Below are positions 25,902-37,352 of a stretch of 64,000 bases of DNA, in pieces. Within the stretch, counting starts at the first letter, position 1. Each line of letters begins with the position of its first letter. Source of the stretch: Octopus vulgaris. Taxonomy: Eukaryota. The stretch spans positions 81,716,001 to 81,780,000 of the forward strand of contig OX597821.1 in assembly GCA_951406725.2 (NCBI GenBank), read 5' to 3'. The translations under genes were made by a program, and so were the position numbers. Below the pieces are notes generated by a model that was not told where the DNA came from, made no database searches, and saw only the letters and a program-made list of their open reading frames with translations.

Positions 25902-25972
25902 ACCAACTGATGTGTCGTAATGACAGTGAATGCTTTTGTTTGAAAGGATGGTGTTGCGATTGGAAACCTTGA
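25902..25972 (+). CDS. Speculative Cys-rich terminal exon or short ORF: xQLMCRNDSECFCLKGWCCDWKP*
   Basis: Strong acceptor attgttattttctttgtgcag|, 5 Cys in 23 codons, stop at 25970-25972 and AATAAA at 25997-26002. No compatible upstream coding exon was found. Confidence 0.2.
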
Positions 25973-26260
25973 CTGCATCAGATTAGGAGACCTCAGAATA
26001 AACATAACCACTGGAGCCATAATACAAAAAAATTTGGGGAATGTCTGAGAGACAAGGACCATTGTTATATGAATAGCTTTTTAAAAAGATTTCTGAATTC
26101 TGAAGCAGATATTCTTATATTCATGTGAAGATTAAACAGAAACACATATTTACCAGGAAGATTTGAAACAAACTTTTATACAGTTACAGAGTTGAGGTAC
26201 TGAATGAGTAAATTCAAATTTTGTTGCATTTAATGGAGCTTGTTCTTTGGCATTGTTTAA

Positions 26261-26470
26261 CTCTTTCAGCATTTAATCTGGCCCAAATATCCAACCAGTC
26301 TTATGTTCAAACCAGCCAGATCCAGCCTCTCGCGCCTACTCTAAGATGTCATTTTAAAAATACATAATCACATCACTGAAATCTCAAAGCTATGAGATGA
26401 TGCATGATAAATTCAAAACAATGTGATTAAATAAGCATTAGATTTGATAAGTAATATGAATGCTAAAGGG
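26261..26470. mobile_element. piggyBac-type MITE (~210 bp)
   Basis: TTAA flanks at 26257-26260 and 26471-26474. Ends CTCTTTCAGCATT / AATGCTAAAGGG. Confidence 0.85.
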
Positions 26471-26723
26471 TTAAAGAAATTAGCAATGGGTAGGAGATCC
26501 ACCCTCAACAAAAATATCCTCCTCAAAGGAAGTTTATACTCTACCACTCAAGTACCAATGTACCTTTACATCTTTAAACAAAGAATATCATTCAATCTGG
26601 TTCATTTAGCACATCTAATAGAACAACTTCCAATTCACAATTCAAAGACTGAGCCTCTATTTGGTAGCTCATCATGCTAGAAATGGCAGTTAAATGTCTT
26701 TGACTCACATCCTGCAGTTTTAA

Positions 26724-26941
26724 CTCTTAAGCATTCACATTATTCTGCCAAAATTAATTCTTATGTATTCACAATGTTTTGAATTAATTTTGCATTATCT
26801 TGTAGCTCTGAGATTTTGAAGAAGTGACTTAATTTTTAGAATGATATTGTAGGGCTAGTGCCACAGGCCAGATCTGGTCAGTTTGAACATAAAACAGGTG
26901 GAATATTTTGGCTGGATATGGCCAGTTTAAATGCCGAAGGG
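26724..26941. mobile_element. piggyBac-type MITE, opposite orientation to 26261-26470, nested in a family E repeat
   Basis: TTAA flanks at 26720-26723 and 26942-26945. Ends CTCTTAAGCATT / AATGCCGAAGGG. Confidence 0.85.
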
Positions 26942-27849
26942 TTAAAGACATAAGTCCACATTGCATTAGATAACGTAATCCTTATAAACTGTTTGAAACA
27001 AGATGAGATAGTCATGGTTGAATTACCTTAGTTTTGATCATAGGTTTTACTGATCAAGGCTATATTAGTGCTAAACAACAACAGCTTACTCTTCATACTT
27101 GAGACTTATCATCATCATTTATCATTCAACACCTGCTTTTCATGTTGGTATGAGTTAGCTTGACAGGTGCCAGCAAGGCCAGGGGTCAGTTTGTTTTGGC
27201 TTGGTTTCTACAACTGGATGTCCTTAAAGCCAACCACTTTACAGAATGTACTGTATGCTTTTTATGTGGCATGAGCACCAGTGATTCTTATGCAACACCA
27301 TCACCACTACATTTTGTGGCACATCACCAGTGCATTTTATATGACACCAACACCAGTGCATTTTACGTGGCACCTTCACCACTGCATTTTATGTGGCACC
27401 ATCACCAATGCTTTATATACCTATACTGAGGCAAACAAAATAATACACCTTTACCCAAGGGTGTGACGCACATCTGTAGCAAGATCTAAAGGAATTACTT
27501 GACATATTTAAGTACTAGCAAAGACATGCAGCCAATGAAACACTGGGTCCCAGAGTATGCTTCCAAAGCAAGAAAGCTGATAGCACATGGTGTTATTCAT
27601 TTTTCATCACCCCCTATGGTGTAGAGCTACACATTTCTACTTGCTCTCTTCAATGACATTTTCGTACATTGTATATTTATTGCCCCAAAGAATGTTCTCG
27701 TAAGATTCCAACTTTAGGGCATGTGTTGCCAAACTGATACTACATCTGTCATGCTATCAATTTAACACTTCACATACCTGTTGGTTCATTCCATTTGGTT
27801 TGAGGCATTTTCTGAACCACAAACTAATACATACATAAATATACATGTA

Positions 27850-28260
27850 GATTTGACTGTAGTTAAGAAATTTGTCTCCTAACTATATGGCTCAGGGTTC
27901 AGTCTCACTATGTGGCACCTTGGGTTCAAGTGTCTTCTACTATAACCATGGATCAACCAAAGCCCAGTGGGTGGAACTGGTAGATGGAAACAAACAAAAG
28001 ACTGTCGTATATGTGTATATGTATGTAGAAGTGCATGTATGCTTGTGTTTCCTTGTCCAGCCATCATGGGATCACTGTAAATCAATGTCATTCATTTCCA
28101 ATATCCTGCAAAAACATATCTGGCAACAGGGAAATATTATTTTACTTGGAAAGAGCTAAGTGTTGGTGACAGGAAGGGCACCTAGCAGTAGAATATTTGG
28201 CTCATTAAATACCATCTGACACATGCAAGCATGGAAAAGTGGACATTAAAATGCTGATGT
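27850..28260 (+). mobile_element. CORE-like SINE carrying the RTE-type tail
   Basis: Same head as 12291 (GGTTCAGTCTCACT..GGCACCTTGGG), but the 3' part is GGTGACAGGAAGGGCA..CATGCAAGCATGGAAAAGTGGACATTAAAATG. Confidence 0.75.
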
Positions 28261-28296
28261 TTACATGCCCACACACACACACACACACACACACAC

Positions 28297-28342
<46 letters not shown>

Positions 28343-28559
28343 GAAAGAGGAGGCATAAAATGAATAAATTTATTTCATCAGTTGATATCCATATCATTTT
28401 GGTTTGTAGCCTGATCCATTAAAAGGAGCTTTTCTCTGAGTACCAGCCAATTAGTTAAATCCATATACTATGCATTAAATTTATATGAAATCATCAGCAA
28501 CATATATATGTGAAATCAAGAGGTACAAGCTTGAAACGTGTAAATGACTTCAACTATTT

Positions 28560-29073
28560 AAGATCCTGAATAGAAAGCTGAAAAGGGAGAAAGTGAAGTA
28601 AGACTTGAATTAACATGGTATGTAATGAACAAAATATGCAAAGCCAAATCTATTTAATGACCTCAAAATATGGCTTTTTAGAGCTGCTGTAGAAAGCCTG
28701 CTGATATATGGATTTGAGTGCTTGATTAAATGGAACATAAACCAAGATGTTAAGGACTGTGAAAAATATTTACCAATTTGATGAACAGTACGGCTATATG
28801 GAAATATATTGTTATTAAGAGAAACTATCAAACAAAATGGACTTATGTTTGTAGCAGACAGTTGGGAAAGGAAAGATGAAGTTGAATGCAAACTATCACT
28901 ATGGGAACCAGTAGATGGAAAAAGGAAAATGAGGCTGACATTGTGGAACATATGTGCGACAGTTGTTGGAGGAAACAAACATTGAAACAAACACTAGAAA
29001 AAAAAAAAAGAAAAGTATTGCAGAGATGATGGAGGAGAGGGAAGTGTGGAGGAGATTGGTCAATGAGATCTGT

Positions 29074-29075
<2 letters not shown>
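28560..29075 (+). mobile_element. RTE-clade LINE ORF2 C-terminal fragment (second RTE family)
   Basis: Translates LKIWLFRAAVESLLIYGFEC..LYGNI..ETIKQ..RKDEVECKLSLWEPVDGKR..TYVRQLLEET..MEEREVWRRLV and ends at (CA)n. Confidence 0.85.
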
Positions 29076-29105
<30 letters not shown>

Positions 29106-30091
29106 GCGCGTGTGCTGTGTGAAAATTGCTAATTCTATAGTACACATCATATGAGTGTGTATACACACACCAATATATATATATATATATTATGAAAAAA
29201 AACACAAGCATGATTTATGCATCTCCCACTAAGATTTCTCAAAGATTCTACCAAAACTAGTTCTTACTGGTCTTCTATTCCCAGACAGCGCAGTTTCAAA
29301 TCAAAAATAAAAAGTAAACAATAAAAGTGTAATTGTTTGGATGTTGTCTGGGAAAAAACAGCAAGTTACAAGAGAAAGAATCCTTCTGATAAAAAAATAA
29401 CAGCTTCTTACAGTTCCAAGGACATAAGAAGATAGGCCAATTTTATGCCAATTCTCAGGAAAACACATCAGAAAGAAGTGGAGCACACGAGAAAAAAAAA
29501 CACTTAGCAAGAAAAAAAGAAAAAAAGAATCAAAGCAAAATTAATGCTTAGAAGGAAAATGGAGAAGATAAACAAAAAGAGCCGAACAATAGGAAAGATT
29601 TTCAGCTAGGATGAATTTCAGTGACAGATGGGTAAATATGACAACAATGGAGGTGAAATGATAAACTATTATCAACTTGATTATTTTTCTTTGCTGTTGG
29701 TAACTCTGTCTGTTGGTTGACACTCTTCACTCACATTAACACTGTTGCCTTCTTCATGTCATATCCACCTAACCTTCCATAAAAAGAAAAGAAAATATCT
29801 TTCTTTTCACCCTTATACTGTGATCTTCAGTTGCAATTATACAAATTCAAATAATGGAAGTATTAAACCAATATATTTGACAAGAATATGGGCAGAAGTG
29901 AAACTAAAGACCCAATCTGATATGGCACAACAACGTCAGAAGAAATAATAAAATTGATTTTTCTTTTTATAAAAGTAGGTATAAAGTCACAGATCTTGGG
30001 AAATGGTTTGGTCAAATATAGCAACCCTGTGCTTGACTGCTATTCCATTTCATCAATCCCTAAAGCTAATTCATACAGAACTTGAACTTAA

Positions 30092-30309
30092 CCCCTTAGC
30101 ATTTAAACTGGCCACATATTCTAACTGTTTTGTGTTCAAACTCATCTGATCTGGCCTCTCGCGTCTACTCAACAATGTCATTCTAAAAATAAACAATCAC
30201 ATCATCAAAGTCTCAAAGCAAGAAGATAATGCATGATTAATTAAAATAAAAAGAAACAATGTTAATAAATGGGCATTACATTTGACAGAATAATCTGAAT
30301 GCTAATGGG
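30092..30309. mobile_element. piggyBac-type MITE nested in an old SINE
   Basis: TTAA flanks at 30088-30091 and 30310-30313. Ends CCCCTTAGCATT / AATGCTAATGGG. Confidence 0.85.
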
Positions 30310-31726
30310 TTAATCTACAAAAGAACATAGGTAAATACTAGCAACATGTTTTGTGAGGTGCCATACTTATTGTACAATCCACAGCCCAATTGCTGATAGT
30401 AGTAAAAATACCAAAACTGGAGTCGAATAAGCTTTGCAATATATTTCTAATTAAAATCAGCAAGGGAACTTCAGGTCAACCTGCCCTATATAACAACTAT
30501 ATTTCATGGCCAGATGTCCTAATTAATAAGGTAATATGTCACACAATAAAGATAAAACAACATCTGCTGTAATACTGAATAATAAATGAAGTTCAGATAA
30601 TATCAAGAAGTCAGACATTGTTATCTCGATATCCAAAGTGCATGACTCTGGACGTTATTACACTGAACTAACTTGAAACTTTATTTCATTAAATCATACC
30701 ACAGGTTATGAACAACAGAGGAAGCCTCTATGTGGTCACACAACCTGCTAAATATAGAGGTAAAATTTGCTTTAAATCATACTCAAGATATATTGAATAA
30801 TGTAATCATAGATACACAAAACTTAATAACAAAAAACAAAAGAGAGGTGGGGGGAATGTTATATCTTGAAAATCTTTTATCAAAGGTTTACTGTAAAAGC
30901 AAACTCTGCATCAAATCATACCCAAGATACATTGGATAATCTAATCCTAAATACACTAAGCTCAAAGGTCTGCTGGATCAGAGATGACCTGGGGCTCCAT
31001 AACAACAATGACTAACAAACTATTGCATTAAATATATTTTTCTAAATCATTTTTTAAATAAATACATGCATGGTTGTGTGGTTATGAAGTTTTCCCGACA
31101 TCTTCATGGTTTCAGGTTCAATCTCACTGCGCAGCTCCTTAGGCAAACTTCTACCATAGCCTCATAGCAGTCAACCAAAGTCATTTGACAGAAATTTGAA
31201 AGACAAAGTTAGAGAAAACTAGACAAAGGGGACTGTTTTTGTTTTCAGAATGGCAGACTTAATCAATCACCTGGATTAATGCCACCACATGGCCGGACCT
31301 TTTAGTAGAGTCCACACTGTAGCAATTATCCAAGTTGGGTCTCTTGTCTGAAGATGGTGTCGCCCTTCCTCTTCCATACAAAATTTACATCAGTATGCAA
31401 CCCTTGGCTTATCTATTCAAAAGGAAAACAAAAACATTATCTGTAACTCAACTTTCCCATTGAATACTCTATTCTTGACAATTCAGCCTAACAGTTATCT
31501 TAGAAAGAATCAGTTTCATTAGTCATAAATCAGTTAATTATTATAAAGAAATATTCATAATTAATTTTAAATTTTCTCGGTTCCCATCCACCACCACTGC
31601 CACCACCATAAAGCAACAGTGAAGCTCCTGGAAATCCAAGCTGAGCTGAGTAGACAGGAGTCATGAAAGTCAGTTTCTATTCCAGGCTGAGACAGAGAAA
31701 TCATCTATATAACACAGAGCCTTTAA

Positions 31727-31947
31727 TCCTTTCGTTACCAACCTGGCTGAAACTGCCTCTGGCTCTGTAGTACAAATGTCTTGTTTTCAAAAGTTCTGAA
31801 TTAAAATCTTCCACCAAACCTTAATCACAATTTATGTTCCTAATATTAGCCGAATGATAACTAAGTTATTTTACTAAATTCTTTGTTATATTTAAAGTAA
31901 CTGAAAGAAACACAGATCGTCTCAGAATAAATACAGTAACGAAAGGG
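31727..31947. mobile_element. piggyBac-type MITE, second subfamily
   Basis: TTAA flanks at 31723-31726 and 31948-31951. Ends TCCTTTCGTTAC / GTAACGAAAGGG. Older relatives at about 38146-38336 and 50347-50574. Confidence 0.85.
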
Positions 31948-31985
31948 TTAATCCTTGCAGTACTTTCGTAAATTTGTGATGGCAG

Positions 31986-32200
31986 TAAGGTGGGCAAGCT
32001 GGCAGAATCATTAGCACGCTGGGCAATATGCTTAGCAGCATTTTGTCTGTCTTTACATTCCGAGTTCAAATTCCACCAAGGTTAACTTTGCCTTTTATCT
32101 TTTCAGAGTCAATAAAATAAGTACCAGTTGAGCACTGGAGTTGATTTAATCGACATATCCCTCCTCCTGAAATTGCTGGCCTTGTGCCAAAACTTGAAAG
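31986..32200 (+). mobile_element. Meta-domain-like SINE
   Basis: Colinear with 63824-64000. Confidence 0.85.
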
Positions 32201-32361
32201 CAGTATTATTTTATGGCAGTGATTTAATAACATAAGCCAGTCACGAACATCCTAAGCCATTCTGGGAGTACAGTATTGTTGAAATACATATGCTCAACAT
32301 CTGCAACTTATCACATTTATTTGGTTTTTCGTATTACGGTTGTTTTCTCGGTCAAGTTGTT

Positions 32362-32378
32362 GACACTAGATGGCAGCA
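32362..32378 (+). promoter_or_regulatory. CTCF-like motif
   Basis: GACACTAGATGGCAGCA resembles the CCACYAGRKGGCRS core and lies in unique sequence. Motif match only. Confidence 0.35.
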
Positions 32379-33056
32379 ACCATGTCAGACACGTGTGTTG
32401 TTACATTTACATCTCTCCTTAACCTTTCTATTTGAAGTTATATGTTGAGTTGTTCTTTGTCATTGGGAAATGATGACATGTCAGTAGTAATAAAATAATG
32501 TTTGCACTGAATAAATGTGACTTTCTTGAGTGGAGAATATCAAGTTATTTACTTCAAGTCATTCCTGATCGAGCTACTGCTCTTATTACCAAAAAATTTC
32601 CAAATTTGACTGTCTCACCATTCATTTTTTATATATAAAATATCTAAAACTACATTATCCAATCTTTCCATCCATTTTGGGGAGAAAAGGGTAGCAGAAA
32701 CGGGATGTGATTTGAAAGAGATTCAGCTGTTATTTCTAATCGGAGAAGTGACTGCATTGAAGCTCTCTCATTCTATAAATAACTAAATAAATAAACAAAC
32801 AAAACAGACAATATAAGAAGAAAATTAAGAATATGAAAACTACCTTATTAAATGATTGAATTTCTAGGATTACATTAAAATAAGATGTTCTTCAAATTAT
32901 TTATAAAATGTATTTTGAAAATGAAACTTATCTACATAGAAATAATTAATTAAAACAGTGAGAAAGAGAGAGAGAGAGAGGGAGAGAGACAAAGAGAAAA
33001 CCTTATCGGTGAGTTTAGAAATGTGAGAGAAAAAAATTAAAACACAAAACATTTAC

Positions 33057-33215
33057 CATGTCCAATGTATCTTTCCAATTCCAGCTTAACAAATAACAAC
33101 TGATGTGAACTGTGGACTTCACACAGAGAAATAAGCTGGTGTAGCTTTAAGAACCACTATACATTCATCAAGTAGTGCCTGTCTACGCATTTCCTGGAAA
33201 TTCCAGTCAATCTGT
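33057..33215 (-). other. Candidate alternative first exon ending in ATG (phase 0); 5' boundary unknown
   Basis: Minus strand ..TTGGACATG|gtaaat with an in-frame stop upstream. It would splice in frame to 7341 (M-LASPTSEE..). Confidence 0.3.
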
Positions 33216-33529
33216 ACTTTCCTCAACAGAGTAGGAAAAAAAAAAAAGAAAAACCCCTCCTTTACAGAGGAAAAAAGAAACGCTGAGAAAGGATTGGTTG
33301 AGAACTTTAAAATAGAAACATCTTGAGAGTCGTGTGAGGAAAGCAAGTCTTTAATAGGGAATTTCAGTAGAATATACGTTAATATCATAAGTGTTTGAGT
33401 GTCTTGATGTATTGTGACGTATTGCGTAAGTGTGTGTATATAGACATACATGTAGGCACTTACCATGTGTGTGTGTGTGTGTTTTATGTTACAAGTAATT
33501 TAGTTGTGCTTTCTTAATATATATCTTTT

Positions 33530-33903
33530 ATTTTCTTTCAGTCATTAGATTGAGGCCATGCTGGGGCACTGCCTTGAAGAATTTTTAGTCAAATGAATCG
33601 ATGCCAGTACGTATTTTTTTTTTAAGGCTGTCAGTCTATCACTCTCTCTCACTGAACAGCTATGTCATGGGGACGTAGACACAACAACACTGGTCATCAA
33701 GCAGTGGGAGCACAAACACAGACACACACAGGTATGTATATGACAGGTTTTCTTTCAGTTTCCCTCCATCAAATCCACTCACAATGCTTTGGTCAGCTTG
33801 AGGCAAGAGCAAAGACACTTGCCCAAGGTTCCATGTAGTGGGACTGAACCTGAAACCATGTGGTTGGGAAGCAAGTTTCTTACCACACAGCCACACCTGT
33901 GCA
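33530..33903 (-). mobile_element. CORE-like SINE (CR1-tail type)
   Basis: Reverse-complement match to the 12291 family. Confidence 0.8.
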
Positions 33904-35000
33904 AAGATGACATGTATTAAAGACACCGTAGGTTCTGTATAATATCTTATTCTATGCTCAACACTTTTGTGGTTAATTCATAGAAGGGCTCAATTCCAAC
34001 TTTATCTTTCGTTTTTCATAAACCAATAAACTCCAGTAGTATTCAGTTCAAAAGACCATATGATACATAAGGATAAAATTATAAAACTCTTTGAACTACA
34101 TCTATTATCAATCGTTTTGCTTTATTCTATCACTTTGAAGAGGACTGTACTAGCTGCATGCGGAGATTTTTTTCTTTGTTTCTTCTGTTAGAAATAAGAG
34201 TTAGAGTTGTGATACTATTGCTGTTAGTATATTAATTAGCAATATAGACACTAGGTTGAAGGCGGTGAGCTGGCAGAATCATTAGCACACTGGACAAAAT
34301 GTTTAGTGGCATTTTGTCCGTCTTCACATTCAACTTCCACTGAGGTTGACTTTGCCTTTCATCCTTTCATGATTGATAAAATAAGTACCAGTTGAGCACT
34401 GGGGTTGATGCAATTGATTTGCCTCCTGCCCCAGAATTACTGGTACTGTGCCAAAATTTGAAACCCATATAGACACTAGGCTGCAAATTCTGAGAATGGT
34501 TTAAGCTGATTACATCAATCTCAGTACCAATCTAGCATTATTTGATAGACTTCTTGAGGGTGAAAGGTAAAGTTAATCCTTGTCGGATTTGAACACAGAA
34601 CACAAATTGATATAACTAAATATTACAAAATATTTTCCCCTTTACTCAAATTAGTAGAAAGGGAAGTACTACATAGAATTCTACAGAATGGAGTTCTACA
34701 GAAGAAAGCTCTATAGAAGAAAATTCTACAGTTCAGGTAATCATTTCATCTTCACAGGAATCAGAGCTTAATTGTGATTTCTAGTGTATAAATAGATGAA
34801 AGAAAAGGATTTCTCTGGATATGATGGTAGCCCATATCCAGTAACTTTCCCTGGTGGAAAAAAAAATGCATCCAATACATTTTCATAAATTTATCCGAAA
34901 CAATCATGCTTGTTTTCAAACTTTTAGTTCTGAGTAATATAAAGCTTTTCTTTCGTAAGTCTGGAGATTGAAAAAAATTTGGAATGTGAATCATATAAAC

Positions 35001-35305
35001 CATGTGGAGGCACATGGCCTAGTGGTTAGAGCAGAAGACTCGCAGTCAAGGGATCACGGGTTCGAATCTCAAACCAGGCAATGTGCGTGTTTATGAGCGA
35101 AACACCTAAGCTCCACGTGGTTCCAGCAAAAGGTAATGGCAAACTTCTGCTGACTCTTTCACCGCAATTTTCTCTCACTCTTTCCTCCTGAATCTTGCAG
35201 CTCACCTGCAATGGACCGGCGTTCTGTTCAGGTGGGGAACCTATATGCCAAGGAAACCAGGAAACTAGCCCTATGAGCCAGGCATAGCTCGAGAAGGAAC
35301 AAACC
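35001..35305 (+). mobile_element. tRNA-derived SINE with V-domain-like segment and intact TSD
   Basis: A box TGGCCTAGTGG, B box GGTTCGAATCT, V-like ACCTGCAATGGACCGGCGTTCTGTTCAGG. 10-bp TSD TCATATAAAC at 34991-35000 and 35306-35315. Confidence 0.85.
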
Positions 35306-35315
35306 TCATATAAAC

Positions 35316-35641
35316 TGACACTCCATCACTTACAATGACAAAAGTTTCAGTTGGTCTGATCAATGGAATGGCTTGCTCGTGAAAGTAATGTGCATGTGGC
35401 TGAGCACTCTACAGACACACATTTACTCTTAATGTAGCTCTCCAGGAGATTCAGCATCACACAGAATGTGACAAGGTTGGTCCTTTGAAATACAGGTCCT
35501 ACTCATTTTTGCCAGCTGAGTGGACTGGAGCAATGTGAAATAAAGTGTCTTGCCCAAGGACACGATGCGTTGCTAGGAACTGAACTCATGACCTTATGAT
35601 CATGAGCTGAATACCCTAACCACTAAGCCACGTGCCTTCAC
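35316..35641 (-). mobile_element. tRNA-derived CORE-like SINE, distinct family
   Basis: Minus strand TGGCTTAGTGGTTAG..GAGTTCAGTTCC..GTGTCCTTGGGCAAGACACTTTATTTCAC..CCACTCAGCTG. Confidence 0.8.
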
Positions 35642-36342
35642 ATATTATACATAATGCATAAACAACAGGGAAATATACAGGACGGAGAAAGGGCAAATGC
35701 CCTAACAGAGAAACAAGTTGTAACACCGGACATGGATTTGAACTATCAGCAGCATGCAAATCAGTATAAGTCATACTAGCATCAAAGACCATGGTGATGA
35801 TGATGATGATGACAATTTATGCATTAGTATCCCAACTACTTTTCTAGCTACTCATTTTGTCACTTGACCTGCTAGAGATAGTAGCTAAATTTCAATCTCT
35901 CTCAAATCAGGCCTTACTGCCTTTAAAGAAGGAAAGGTGCATTAGACAGAGTAGTCCTGAATATACCCAAAAACCATCAGGACAGTCAAAGTTGCAAAAC
36001 CTAACACCTTTTCAGATTTGCTCAAACAGAACTGACTTGGAGATAAACAACAACTAAACTATTTAAAGTTTTAACTACTTCAATGCTGTATTAAAAAACA
36101 ACTAATTTTGTACAACATTCTTCAGCGTTTATCTTGACAAGACGTATATATAGTAACAGCAGTATTTAGGAACATCATAGTATTCCATTATTATCTTGAG
36201 CTGAAGATAATGCAGGAGAGGGTGTGGTCTGTACAACTAATTTAACATGTGGCACTTAGTCATCTAACAGAAACATTTAGCAATCTGATGTCTGTGAGTT
36301 CTATCCTCAGTTTTGGTAGTAGATGTGATCATTGTGTCATAG

Positions 36343-36800
36343 CAGAAGGCAGCGAGCTGGCAGAATTATTACTGTGCTGGGCAAAATATTTAACAGCATT
36401 TCATCTGTCCTTACAGTCTGAGCTCAAATTCCACTAAGGTTGACTTTGCTTTCCATACTTTTGTGGCCAATAAATTAAGTACCAGGTGAGTACTGGGGTC
36501 GATGTAATCAGCTTACCCCTTCTCCCAAAATTGTCGTCCTTGTGTCAACATTTGAAACCAATATATACAACACCAGAAGGCAGTGAGCTGGCAGAATTGT
36601 TACTGTGCTGGGCAAAATGCAGAGTGGCGTTTCACCTGTCTTCGTGCTCTGTGTTCAAATTCTGCCGAGATTGACTTTGTCTTTCATCCTTTTGGGGGTC
36701 AATAAAGTATCAGTCAAGCACAGGGTGACCAATGTAATTGGCTTAACTCCTCCCTCAAAACAGCTGGTCTTGAGCCAAAATTTAAAATTAATATATAACA
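36343..36800 (+). mobile_element. Two head-to-tail Meta-like SINE copies (tandem duplication)
   Basis: Units start near 36343 and 36575. Both carry the private variant TTACTGTGCTGGGCAAAAT. Confidence 0.8.
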
Positions 36801-36954
36801 ACAGAATGACTAACAAAGTCCCCTGTCAAATGTCATCATTGCAATCGTCATAGTCCTTTGGTTTTATGAGTTTCAATCTTTACCTCAGATCATCCATGCA
36901 AGGAAGGTGATTTTGCAAATATAGAGATTATTTACAAACTTTTACAGACTGTAT

Positions 36955-37352
36955 AGGTACGGTGAAGCTTGCTTCCCTACTACGTAGTTTAAGGTTTAGT
37001 TCCACAACACAGCATCTTGGGCATGTGCCTTTTAATATATACCCAGGTTAACCGAAGCCCTGTGGTAAATGGAAACTGAAAGAAGCTCCTTGTATACATG
37101 TGTGTATGAGTCCTTGTCAAGACATCATGTGACGGTTTAAATGAGCGTCATCGTCATATATGAGAGGTTTATTTCCAGTTTTCCATGAAGGAAAACAGGA
37201 AGCCATAGCTAGACATGTCTAGCTATGGAAAAATATTCCCATGATTGGAAACAGGTGAAGGTTGGTGACAGGAGAGGCATCCAGATATAGAAAAATCAGT
37301 CTCCACAAATTCTGTCTGACTCACACAAGCATGTAAAAGTAAACATTAAATG
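36955..37352 (+). mobile_element. CORE-like SINE with RTE-type tail
   Basis: CATCTTGGGCATGTGCC head region and the GGTGACAGGAGAGGCATCCAG..CAAGCATGTAAAAGTAAACATTAAATGA tail. Confidence 0.7.

Noticed and set aside
33057-33225. Apparent +1 frameshift linking ..LLDECIVVLK.. to ..HQLLFVKLELERYIGH.. and onward to the 22630 segment
   Set aside because: The downstream partner is a repeat, no recognised slippery site is present, and there is no homology. A 5' UTR exon ending in ATG is a simpler reading.
34761-35015. Mariner transposase fragment (SPDL motif)
   Set aside because: Only four residues match. There is no surrounding YSPDLAP or D,D34D context and no TIRs.
35005-35075. tRNA gene
   Set aside because: It has A and B boxes but no convincing acceptor stem, and it continues into a SINE body enclosed by a TSD.
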